IMG/VR virus record: IMGVR_UViG_3300012940_000050
Span: 1-39,683 of that record
DNA length: 39,683 nt
Source: a virus
Lineage: Duplodnaviria; Caudoviricetes
Strand: one strand, 5' to 3'
Shown here piece after piece: positions 1-7,318 of this stretch. The notes under the pieces are model-generated. The model did not search any database and was not told where the DNA came from. It worked only from the letters and a program-made list of their open reading frames with translations. The position numbers and the translations under genes are program-made. How positions within the stretch are numbered: the first letter of the stretch is position 1; each line of letters opens with the position of its first letter.

Positions 1-123
1 ACCCGGACTTGATGCCGTACCGGTACATGCGTGAGATCAGTTGATCCCACGACTTCAGCTTGCAAGATGCTCGCCTGTCAGTTGGCAGGGCGGGCAGGGT
101 CACGTGACGACGCATCAGTCCTC
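1..123. repeat. Terminal direct repeat, left copy (circular assembly overlap)
   Basis: Bases 1-123 are identical to 39561-39683; the cro-like ORF reads across the junction. Confidence 0.97.
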
Positions 124-124
124 C

Positions 125-283
125 TCAGAACTCTGGTCCGTCGTAGGACTGCCAGTGATCGCAGTCCTCTCGGTACTTATCGGTTTCTTCCCAGTTGTGA
201 ACCACGATCCAGTCGGATCCGTAGTCGCCGGGCAGGCATCGGCATGCCGGGCTGCAGTAGTGGATTCGCTTCTTATCGTCCAT
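125..283 (-). CDS. Small early hypothetical protein (52 aa, MDDKKRIHYC...)
   Basis: ATG at 283 is in the 125..472 frame; its TGA overlaps the GAGGAGG RBS of the cro-like gene; no SD of its own. Confidence 0.5.
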   Translation of the reverse strand: MDDKKRIHYCSPACRCLPGDYGSDWIVVHNWEETDKYREDCDHWQSYDGPEF

Positions 284-284
284 G

Positions 285-330
285 TGCCATCGCCCGACTC
301 GAACGGGCAACCCACCGGCTGGGGGATGGC
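285..330 (-). ncRNA. tRNA-like mini-domain: acceptor-like stem, D-like arm and T-arm, no anticodon arm
   Basis: Minus strand reads GCCATC-C-CCC AGCCGGT GGG-TT-GCCCG TTCGAGT CGGGC-GATGGC-A: 6-bp stem, GG-containing D-like loop, 5-bp T stem with canonical T loop. Confidence 0.65.
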
Positions 331-529
331 GAATCTTGGGGTGCACGAACCTGCGCATAGACAGGTGTGCACGTTCACGCACTTCACCCCGATCGCAACG
401 CGGGGCCAGGCTGGTTACCGGGGGTGACTCGCAAGTCCCTGCGCTCAACCCTCGTGTGGTCCGCCGCTGCATAGGACTGTGGTCAGCGGTTCCCGTATCA
501 AACCTTGCGAGTCGTGCCGTGGTCGGTGT

Positions 530-595
530 CCCTGTCGCCGCCCTGTCGCCGCCGCCCTTTGCCTAGGCAGTCGCGGTGTGGGGTCGGTGTGGGGT
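530..595. repeat. Two 11-bp tandem duplications flanking the palindrome TGCCTAGGCA
   Basis: CCCTGTCGCCG at 530-540 and 541-551; CGGTGTGGGGT at 574-584 and 585-595; palindrome at 560-569. Confidence 0.85.
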
Positions 596-712
596 AGCAG
601 CACCCGTCACACGATCTCGCCGTATCCCTGTTGAGTTGTGAACCTCCACGGCCGCTCGGTCCGGTCCTGCTCCGAAGGCCCGGTACCGCGTATCTCGGTA
701 CCTGATGACACT

Positions 713-741
713 AGTGTGCAGGCTCTTCTGCACGATGTCAA
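713..741 (-). promoter_or_regulatory. Leftward early lytic promoter overlapped by an operator-like inverted repeat
   Basis: TTGACA (741-736)-N17-CACACT (718-713); GTGCAG-N6-CTGCAC at 716-733. Confidence 0.65.
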
Positions 742-815
742 GTGTCTTGGTACTTGATGTTTTGGCGGCCCCATGCGGTGAAGGGCTGGTCTACCCAAGT
801 TCCACGCCTGTAGTT

Positions 816-834
816 TGTGCAGATGATCTGCACA
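816..834. promoter_or_regulatory. Putative repressor operator
   Basis: Perfect palindrome TGTGCAGAT-G-ATCTGCACA with the same GTGCAG/CTGCAC half-sites as 716-733; lies between divergent cro and repressor genes. Confidence 0.65.
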
Positions 835-841
835 CGCCTGG

Positions 842-878
842 TTGCGGATGACCCGCACCCCGCCGCAAGGTTGGTCCT
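842..878 (+). promoter_or_regulatory. Putative leaderless promoter of the repressor
   Basis: TTGCGG-N18-CAAGGT, 7 nt before the GTG start; no SD. Confidence 0.35.
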
Positions 879-1373
879 GTGAGCGAGCTCAGCAACTACC
901 TGCAAGAGGCGAGGGGCGATCTTTCCATTGATCAGGTCGTTGAGCACGCTGCGCGGAGGGGACACAAGATCAGTCGGATCACTGTCGACCGCCTCACGTC
1001 AGGACGGCACGGGCCACGGCCATCGGAAGCCAGCTTGGCGGCGATGGCGGCGGCACTCGATCTGGATCTACGGCACCTGCGGGAACTGGCCGGCAGGCCG
1101 GGCGGAGAGCTTGGCCCATACGTTCCCACTCCGGCAGCAGGTTCGCTCACGAAGCGTCAACGCGACGCACTAGATGCACTGATCGTGACGATGGTGGAAG
1201 GAGGTACCGGGGATGTTGGCAACACTCGCCAGAAGATGAGCGGCGGGGCCACGCTAAGTGTGGTCCCGGATGAGGGGGAGCGTACGGCCCCCAACATCCA
1301 CGAAGAGCGGAAAGCAGCATCGCGTCCGTCGGAGGAGCTACGGCGGCAGCGCGAACAGCTAGACCAAGACTGA
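879..1373 (+). CDS. Immunity repressor (XRE HTH, ImmR-like, no S24 autopeptidase domain)
   Basis: N-terminal HTH-like segment (LSIDQVV...ISRITVDRL...PSEASLAAMAAALDL); divergent from lytic genes; upstream of immA and int. Confidence 0.8.
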   Translation: MSELSNYLQEARGDLSIDQVVEHAARRGHKISRITVDRLTSGRHGPRPSEASLAAMAAALDLDLRHLRELAGRPGGELGPYVPTPAAGSLTKRQRDALDALIVTMVEGGTGDVGNTRQKMSGGATLSVVPDEGERTAPNIHEERKAASRPSEELRRQREQLDQD

Positions 1374-1376
1374 AAC

Positions 1377-1405
1377 TTGTCAGACCATGCCCCCACACTG
1401 GGCGC
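1377..1405 (+). promoter_or_regulatory. PafBC/RecA-NDp-like DNA-damage promoter for leaderless immA
   Basis: TGTCAG (1378-1383)-N10-CACACT (1394-1399)-N6-ATG compared with consensus TGTCRG-N10-TAnnnT; no SD. Confidence 0.6.
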
Positions 1406-1840
1406 ATGCAGCACGGACCCTGGCGGGCACTACGAGACCTACCGCACATCGATGTGCAGTGGACCCGCGACGACCATCAACTAGCCGGCGCGGACTCGTG
1501 GTGGCTGCCAGACCAGTCAACGATCCTGATGGACGCCCGTCTACCACGGCAGGCGGACCGGCGGTGCGCGCTCGCGCACGAGCTGGCACACATCTACCTC
1601 GGGGATGACCCGACCGTCGATGGTCTGCCGGACTGGCAGGAACGACGGGCAGACCTACACGCGGCCCGGTGGCTCATCCACATAGACGCATTACTAGATG
1701 CGTTCAAGTGGACCGGAAACCTGTTCGAGGTTGCCGACGAGTGTTGGGTGACGATTGACCTGCTACGGGTGCGGCTAGATCATCTGCACCCGTCTGAGCG
1801 GCACTACCTGCGCCGCCACCTAGAGGAGGAGCGAGTATGA
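1406..1840 (+). CDS. immA: ImmA/IrrE-family zinc metalloprotease (anti-repressor)
   Basis: RRCALAHELAH (HEXXH) followed by ERRADLHAARWLI; adjacent to XRE repressor. Confidence 0.9.
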   Translation: MQHGPWRALRDLPHIDVQWTRDDHQLAGADSWWLPDQSTILMDARLPRQADRRCALAHELAHIYLGDDPTVDGLPDWQERRADLHAARWLIHIDALLDAFKWTGNLFEVADECWVTIDLLRVRLDHLHPSERHYLRRHLEEERV

Positions 1841-2340
1841 AGAAGATCGCCTTGGCTGCGGCTGCCGCGGTCCTGCTGGCTGGGTGTACCGGCCAGGCAC
1901 CAACCGCAGAGACGGAGATCTCGCAGCAACCATCCCCGTCGGCCAGTACTACACAGCCGGTGGACTTGTCGACGTGGCCAACAGTCCCCAGCAATGCGCC
2001 ACAGACAGGCATCCCTCGTGCCGTCAGCTACGACTCACTAGAAGATTTGAAGGAAGCCATCATCGACACCGGATACGACTGTAGCGGCTGGGAACAAGAC
2101 GATGTGGTGGATCTGGCAGCCGAGTCGGGGCACTGCTCAGGGGGCGACGTTGTCATGATCTTCGCAACCTTCTCAGCACAGGATGAGCAGCTTCAGTTCT
2201 ACAAGCGTTGGGCTAGCACAACGGGCGAGATCTCGTACTCACTGGTCGGGCCGAACTGGGTCGTTCATCACAGCTATCAGTCTTCACTCGACATCATCCG
2301 GCAGGGCATTGGTGGCAGGATCGAGGTACACAAGCCGTGA
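1837..2340 (+). CDS. Lipoprotein, possible superinfection exclusion or lysogenic conversion
   Basis: Signal peptide with lipobox MKKIALAAAAAVLLAG-C, then a Pro/Ser/Thr linker; located in the immunity cassette. Confidence 0.8.
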   Translation: MKKIALAAAAAVLLAGCTGQAPTAETEISQQPSPSASTTQPVDLSTWPTVPSNAPQTGIPRAVSYDSLEDLKEAIIDTGYDCSGWEQDDVVDLAAESGHCSGGDVVMIFATFSAQDEQLQFYKRWASTTGEISYSLVGPNWVVHHSYQSSLDIIRQGIGGRIEVHKP

Positions 2341-2543
2341 ACGCGACCGATCAGAGGATCCTGGAAACAGCCCTGTGGCCCCGTAACGACCGCTACAGGG
2401 TGTCCGCCGAACTCGGCCTAGGCATCGTCGGCTATCACCAACGCCTCGTCCAACTCATGAACGACCCGGTGGCCGAGAAGGAACAGCCCGCACGCATCCA
2501 CCAGCTACAGCGGATCCGTGACCAACGGCGAGCGCGGCGGTGA
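2337..2543 (+). CDS. DUF3263-like small protein
   Basis: DQRIL...LGL...YHQRLVQLMNDP...LQRIRDQRRARR resembles actinobacterial DUF3263; GTGA overlaps on both sides. Confidence 0.65.
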   Translation: MNATDQRILETALWPRNDRYRVSAELGLGIVGYHQRLVQLMNDPVAEKEQPARIHQLQRIRDQRRARR

Positions 2544-3556
2544 CAGTCCAAGACCTGTGGCTGCTGAAAGACGGCACCCCATCGAAACGGCACGGAAAAG
2601 GGGCACGGTACCGGGCACGGTGGTTGGGCGAAACCCGGGCCTTCCGAACCCTCGCCGCCGCTGAGGACTGGCTGGCCGGACAGTCAGACAGCATCGGCCG
2701 ACCCAACGCGACCGTCGATCAGCTCCTGGACCGATGGAAAGCGGGCAAAGCTGCCCTGTCCGAACGGGGACGTGAAGCAGTCAACCATGCCGCCCTCGTC
2801 GTGTCCGTCCGATGGGGAAGCATGGCTGCTGTCGATGTGGCCCGGCAGGACATACAGGAATGGGTGGCGTCCCTGACCGTGCAGCGCCGCCACAAAGGCG
2901 CAGAGCCCACCACTGAACCCGCATCGGCGTCACTCCGCCACAAAGCCCTACAGGCCCTGTCAGGCGCTCTCAACGTAGGTGTGGAGTTGCAAGCGATCGA
3001 GTCGAACCCGGCCCTAGGAGTGAAGGTGCCGAAACAAGTCCTACGGGACCAAGTCATCCTGTCCGCTGGCCAGCTACAGACGCTTGCCACGAAAGCCGGT
3101 CACTACCGGCCGTTGATCCTGACACTCGGCACGACCGGGCTGCGGATCGGGGAAGCGTTGCAGCTTACCCCTGACGATGTAGACCGGACCCGTCGCCGGA
3201 TCCGTGTCGCAGCAGCCGCCACGAAATCGCGCCGGTTTCGTGAAGTCCCGGTCCCCAAGTCGGTTCTCGAACTACTCCCGGCCAGCGGTGAACGAGTGTT
3301 CCTGTCAGAACGTGGCGCGCCGATCCTGATCGACAACTTTCGGGCAAGGGTGTGGCGGACCATCGCACCCGAAGGGCTGAGGATCCATGACCTGCGGCAC
3401 ACAGCGGCGTCGCTGGCGATCGCATCGGGGGCGGATGTGAAAGCGGTCCAACGTATGCTGGGTCACGCGTCGGCGGCGATGACTTTGGACCGGTACGGGC
3501 ACCTGTGGGATCAGGGTTTGGATGATGTTGCGGCCCGGATGGACAAAATGTTGTAG
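2540..3556 (+). CDS. int: Tyrosine integrase
   Basis: TGLRIGE, HDLRH, LGH and DRY catalytic motifs; attP immediately downstream. Confidence 0.97.
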   Translation: MTVQDLWLLKDGTPSKRHGKGARYRARWLGETRAFRTLAAAEDWLAGQSDSIGRPNATVDQLLDRWKAGKAALSERGREAVNHAALVVSVRWGSMAAVDVARQDIQEWVASLTVQRRHKGAEPTTEPASASLRHKALQALSGALNVGVELQAIESNPALGVKVPKQVLRDQVILSAGQLQTLATKAGHYRPLILTLGTTGLRIGEALQLTPDDVDRTRRRIRVAAAATKSRRFREVPVPKSVLELLPASGERVFLSERGAPILIDNFRARVWRTIAPEGLRIHDLRHTAASLAIASGADVKAVQRMLGHASAAMTLDRYGHLWDQGLDDVAARMDKML

Positions 3557-3589
3557 TGTACCGATGTGCCTGTGACTACGGTCGATAGG

Positions 3590-3637
3590 TGCTTTGGGAG
3601 CAGGAGATCGCAGGTTCGAGTCCTGTCGCCCCGACCA
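3590..3637 (+). other. attP common core equal to the 3' half of tRNA-Pro(TGG)
   Basis: TGC-TTTGGGA-GCAGG anticodon region, T arm GCAGG-TTCGAGT-CCTGT, 3' end CGCCCCG-A-CCA; the 5' half of the tRNA is absent. Confidence 0.92.
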
Positions 3638-3642
3638 CGGGA

Positions 3643-3688
3643 AACCGGCCCTGACTAGGCGTGATGCCAGTCAGGGCCGGTTCAGTTT
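3643..3688 (+). terminator. Hairpin terminator for int or the reconstituted tRNA-Pro
   Basis: 14-bp inverted repeat AACCGGCCCTGACT/AGTCAGGGCCGGTT directly after the CCA. Confidence 0.7.
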
Positions 3689-3697
3689 CGTCGAGAA

Positions 3698-3713
3698 TAG
3701 AACACTTGTGCGA
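3698..3713. promoter_or_regulatory. LexA SOS-box-like site beside attP
   Basis: TAGAAC-ACTT-GTGCGA compared with TCGAAC-N4-GTTCGA (2 mismatches). Confidence 0.4.
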
Positions 3714-3784
3714 CGGTTCGGGTGTACTGTTTTGTACTGCAGTACAGGGGCATCTAGGGCTCACCGGTACGGGGCGGTGAAATG

Positions 3785-3818
3785 ACAAAACGTGCCCCGA
3801 TCCGAAGATCGGGGCACG
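3785..3818 (-). terminator. Intrinsic terminator ending the late/lysis operon
   Basis: CGTGCCCCGATC-TTCG-GATCGGGGCACG followed by TTTTGT on the minus strand, just after the holin stop. Confidence 0.9.
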
Positions 3819-3831
3819 AGTCGTGTCAGAG

Positions 3832-4065
3832 TCAGTTGGCGGTCGGCCGGTACGCGACACCCAAGCCGCCAGCGATCACACCGAACACAGCCGTCAGGAC
3901 GCCGCCAGACGCGACCACACGGGTAGCGAGATCATCGTCCAGCCAGATAGGTGCGAGGCCCGTAGCAAGCAGCACAAGCGCGCTCGCGGACAGCAGGACG
4001 AAGTAGGCGACCGTCCGTACGATCGCCGGGACAGCCGGGGTGGGAAGGTCAGTAGTGTCACTCAT
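3832..4065 (-). CDS. Holin
   Basis: 77 aa, two hydrophobic segments, directly after the endolysin. Confidence 0.8.
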   Translation of the reverse strand: MSDTTDLPTPAVPAIVRTVAYFVLLSASALVLLATGLAPIWLDDDLATRVVASGGVLTAVFGVIAGGLGVAYRPTAN

Positions 4066-4068
4066 AGG

Positions 4069-5052
4069 TCATGCCTCCTGGTTGACATTGAGGGTGATGT
4101 CAGCCGATTCGATCCGGGCGTCAAGGGCTGCCTTCGCTCCCGCTTCGGCGGCAGCGGCGATCTCATCCGCGGATAGCGTCTTCTTGGCGAGGGCGTCAAG
4201 CAGCGCACCCTGCTTCGCCAGCGTCGCCCGGTCCTTGTCCTGATTGTTGATGATCACCGTGATTGCGTTCGACAGGTACCAAGTCGGGTTGCTGTCCTTG
4301 TTCTTGTAGTTGTCCGGCGCGGGAACCACGTCACCCACGTACTTCTTGATGATCTTCTCCAGGTCGGCTTCAGTAGCCATGTCAAACCAGTCCTTAGTAG
4401 AGGGTTTCGTTCCCGCGTTCGCGCCGGGAGATTTCACCATTGCCATCACGTCACGCCGGAACGCGCCCATGTCGATGCCGGGGTCGTCCCACGAGCGGTC
4501 ATATGCGACTTCGCCGTGGCCGTGAGTTTCCTGCCCAGTCCAGCCGTGGAGACGGGCGATAGCTGCCGCCCAGATGACGGCGGACTTGCGCTGTGCCGGG
4601 GTGACCTTCGCGCCGGACGCTGCGATCATCTCCACACCGTAGGCGTAGAGGCTCCACTTCGTCAGGGAGCCGCGGTAGTTCGCGTTGCCAGACAGGGGGA
4701 ACGAAGCGTTCAGCGCCGCATCCATCGCCTTCGCGCCATAGTACAGACAATGATTCGCGTTGCCCTGCGCGTTCAGCCACAGGGTGCCATCCGGGGCCGC
4801 CACGGCGTTAGCCTTCACGGGCACCGACGGGTCGCCGTTGATGATGTCCCGAATGTACTGCTCTTCGGTACGCGAGCCGAGACCGCCCGCCGTGATGTGA
4901 ATTGTGATTCCGTGCGGATTGAAGTCTCCGGGCCTGTCTGCCTTCTCCGCGCCAGGGAAATTGCCGGATGCGGGAGTGTACCTGATGTCGGTCAAGCCCA
5001 GTTTTCGACATTCGGCCTCGATGGCTTTCAGAGTTAGAGGGGTTGCCATCAT
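4069..5052 (-). CDS. Endolysin (N-acetylmuramoyl-L-alanine amidase type)
   Basis: GITIHIT, ANH, YGVE, HGHGE and DPG amidase-2-like motifs; lysis cassette position. Confidence 0.85.
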   Translation of the reverse strand: MMATPLTLKAIEAECRKLGLTDIRYTPASGNFPGAEKADRPGDFNPHGITIHITAGGLGSRTEEQYIRDIINGDPSVPVKANAVAAPDGTLWLNAQGNANHCLYYGAKAMDAALNASFPLSGNANYRGSLTKWSLYAYGVEMIAASGAKVTPAQRKSAVIWAAAIARLHGWTGQETHGHGEVAYDRSWDDPGIDMGAFRRDVMAMVKSPGANAGTKPSTKDWFDMATEADLEKIIKKYVGDVVPAPDNYKNKDSNPTWYLSNAITVIINNQDKDRATLAKQGALLDALAKKTLSADEIAAAAEAGAKAALDARIESADITLNVNQEA

Positions 5053-5057
5053 TGTTC

Positions 5058-5447
5058 CTAACGGTTACGGATTGCGTCCCATAGGGAACGGTGTTCAATC
5101 ACAGCGTCATCATCACGCTTACGAATGTCGCGGATATCCTCACGGATCCCGCCGATGTCACGGCGAGTACTGGAGGCCTGATCAACCAACGTCTCAACCT
5201 TGCTCGCCAACAGGGCAACAGTGGTAACAAGCGTGTCGATCTTCTCGCCATGCTCATCCAGATCGTCACGCAGATTCGTCTTGTGTGAGTTCTGCACCTG
5301 ATGCTTGATCGCGGTCAGCTTGGACTGTTGTTCATCGGCGGCACGGCGTGCTGTCTTGCTGTCGAATGCTGCTTTCACGAACACACCGATCAGGCCGAGA
5401 ACGTTCACGATCAAGGCAACAACGATCGCATCAGAGGGGATAGGCAT
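5058..5447 (-). CDS. Membrane protein, DUF2746-like (lysis-associated)
   Basis: N-terminal TM helix, HQVQNSHKTNLRDDLD motif, coiled coil. Confidence 0.75.
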   Translation of the reverse strand: MPIPSDAIVVALIVNVLGLIGVFVKAAFDSKTARRAADEQQSKLTAIKHQVQNSHKTNLRDDLDEHGEKIDTLVTTVALLASKVETLVDQASSTRRDIGGIREDIRDIRKRDDDAVIEHRSLWDAIRNR

Positions 5448-5459
5448 AGCGGGGGATTC

Positions 5460-6200
5460 CTAGGTGGAGAAGACACACATGACGACAACGTTTACAGCCC
5501 AAGATGAAGGGTCAAACCCGGACGTGGGGGAGGTTCCGCCAGACGCGACAACGGTAAACGTTCCCGATGGGTTCCAGTCGCGGCGATGCTGCATGGGGCA
5601 GGTGGCGCGGACACCACCGGTGGTGACATAGCTGTCCGGGCCTGCGTTTCCGGCGATCGTGACACGACCACCGATTGACACCCCGGTGCTGAGCCCGTCG
5701 CCGTATACGGTTGCCATGGCGATGCAGGACGTTGCTGTCGCCCATGATGGGACTGTGCAGGTGATCGAGCGGCTAAAGGTGGCGGATCCAGGGTATGTGC
5801 CACTGGATCCAAACGTTCTACCTTCGGACCGGGACGACAGAGCGGCAGGGTCCACAATCCCGTTAGCGAGCGTGAGGGTCCCGCCGATAGTGGTCGATCC
5901 GTCAATGGTCGCGTTGCCGCTGATGTGGGTTGTGCCGGTGATGTCGAGTGACCCGCCAATCGTCGTGTCACTGTCAATGCCGAGCGTGCCACCCATCGTC
6001 GTGTCACCATCGATCGTCGTGTCACCGCTGAAGTGGGCATCCCCCTCAACGTTCAGACCGTGCGTGGTGAACGTTGCACCAAACCGGCCCACCGACGCGG
6101 ACACGGCTGCAAGGTCACGTTTGATCTTCTGGTACTCCTCAGCAAGACGACGCCAATCGGCGTCATTCCCAGGGATGCGGAGGTCTGAAGGGTTCATCAC
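5460..6200 (-). CDS. Minor tail protein with beta-helix-like hexapeptide repeats
   Basis: GDTTID/GDTTMG/SDTTIG/GNATID/GSTTIG repeats; last gene of the tail cluster. Confidence 0.7.
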   Translation of the reverse strand: MMNPSDLRIPGNDADWRRLAEEYQKIKRDLAAVSASVGRFGATFTTHGLNVEGDAHFSGDTTIDGDTTMGGTLGIDSDTTIGGSLDITGTTHISGNATIDGSTTIGGTLTLANGIVDPAALSSRSEGRTFGSSGTYPGSATFSRSITCTVPSWATATSCIAMATVYGDGLSTGVSIGGRVTIAGNAGPDSYVTTGGVRATCPMQHRRDWNPSGTFTVVASGGTSPTSGFDPSSWAVNVVVMCVFST

Positions 6201-7318
6201 GTTTCCTTGTACAGAACGGGAAGCAGCGCAGTAGCCTGCCCGGTGTCACTGTCAGGCTGGAGTACCCAACCGATCAGCCGGCCTGTGAACGTGTGATCGA
6301 GTGCAGGAAGGTCCGGGTTGGTCAGATCTACTGCCACATCGTCCCCGATCGTGACATCACGACCAGGAATGATGTCAAGGTCGGGAAGCGGGATCGACAG
6401 ACTGTGCGTGTCAGTACCCAACCTCACTTCACCTAGTTTCGCAGTCACATAGTCTGTGATGATCGATTCTGACACTGACCCGGTGTCCGGCTGGTAGCGG
6501 TACTCGATCGGCAGATAGCCCGCGTTCAGCAGCGCGTCATCTTGGCGGGTCACGACAACACGGGTCTCGCCTTCATTCGGCGCGACACCCGTAACGATCG
6601 TTGCACCGCGACCTTCGCTGTAGTCCTCAACTATCGACCATTCGACCTTGGAGAACGTTTCGGGTTGCTGCCCGACTGCCGCCCGGCCAACACGGTCCGC
6701 AACAGTGGGCACGCACACGAGCGCACCCGTACTGTCCCACCGCCAGTCAATGAACCACTCCGGTCCATCGATGACAGCGGAAAGCTCTTGGAGGGCAGAC
6801 AAACGCGTCTTATCGGCGGCCGCCTCATACTTACGATGCCGCAACCTGCCGGATGCGATCTGTGCCACCTGGCCATGGAACGCCAGAGCGGCAGCGTCCA
6901 GACCCAGTGCCCGCGCAATCGTCGTCTGGTCAACACCAGGGCCGGTCGGGTTGCCTTCCCCGTCGTAGGTGCCGAACGTCAAATCAGGGACACGGGTTGT
7001 ACGCTCCAGCCAGCCCGGAACGTCAGTCAACTCTAGATCGATCGTTGGGCCGGATCCGCGGGTACGGCGGATCACCGTTCCGGCCCATGCGACAGTCTGT
7101 TGATCATCGTCGAACATTGCGACGAGACACGTCCGGGCTGGTTCTGTGGCCAACTCCCAACGGTCAGGCAGCCTGTCCTTTATGGGGAGTTGTACCGCGA
7201 CCTGTCCGCCTGACCTGCCCATGATGGTGGGCAGGGTGGACTGCATGCGGAGGCCGGGCAGTTCTTCGATGGGCAGGCCGGTGGACGGTTCGACGGCCAT
7301 CCAATGAATCGCGGGCAT
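6197..7318 (-). CDS. Minor tail protein (baseplate hub/Tal-like)
   Basis: Start reassigned to ATG 7318 (TGATG coupling); WAGTV, LQELSAVIDGPEW and EDYSEGRGA motifs typical of actinophage minor tails. Confidence 0.78.
   Translation of the reverse strand: MPAIHWMAVEPSTGLPIEELPGLRMQSTLPTIMGRSGGQVAVQLPIKDRLPDRWELATEPARTCLVAMFDDDQQTVAWAGTVIRRTRGSGPTIDLELTDVPGWLERTTRVPDLTFGTYDGEGNPTGPGVDQTTIARALGLDAAALAFHGQVAQIASGRLRHRKYEAAADKTRLSALQELSAVIDGPEWFIDWRWDSTGALVCVPTVADRVGRAAVGQQPETFSKVEWSIVEDYSEGRGATIVTGVAPNEGETRVVVTRQDDALLNAGYLPIEYRYQPDTGSVSESIITDYVTAKLGEVRLGTDTHSLSIPLPDLDIIPGRDVTIGDDVAVDLTNPDLPALDHTFTGRLIGWVLQPDSDTGQATALLPVLYKET

Larger units (their letters stand above)
285..706 (-). ncRNA. Large structured early leader or ncRNA
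   Basis: Series of inverted repeats (341-353/362-372, 384-390/421-427, 426-435/504-513, 464-469/484-489, 682-688/696-702) with no convincing ORF, downstream of a TTGACA promoter. Confidence 0.6.

Noticed and set aside
31-566. ORFs 31..360, 41..427, 115..387, 282..566 and the 5' extension of 125..472
   Set aside because: No RBS or recognisable motifs; the region is better explained as structured RNA plus the 125..283 ORF
530-595. Mini CRISPR array
   Set aside because: Only two different 11-bp tandem duplications, with no spacers and no cas genes
597-612. 16-nt near-repeat GCAGCACCCGTCACAC, also at 39024-39039 with 1 mismatch
   Set aside because: Same orientation, so not antisense pairing; a single such match is plausible by chance in a GC-rich 40-kb genome
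3560-3637. Complete tRNA-Pro gene
   Set aside because: The 5' acceptor strand and D arm are missing; it is the attP core
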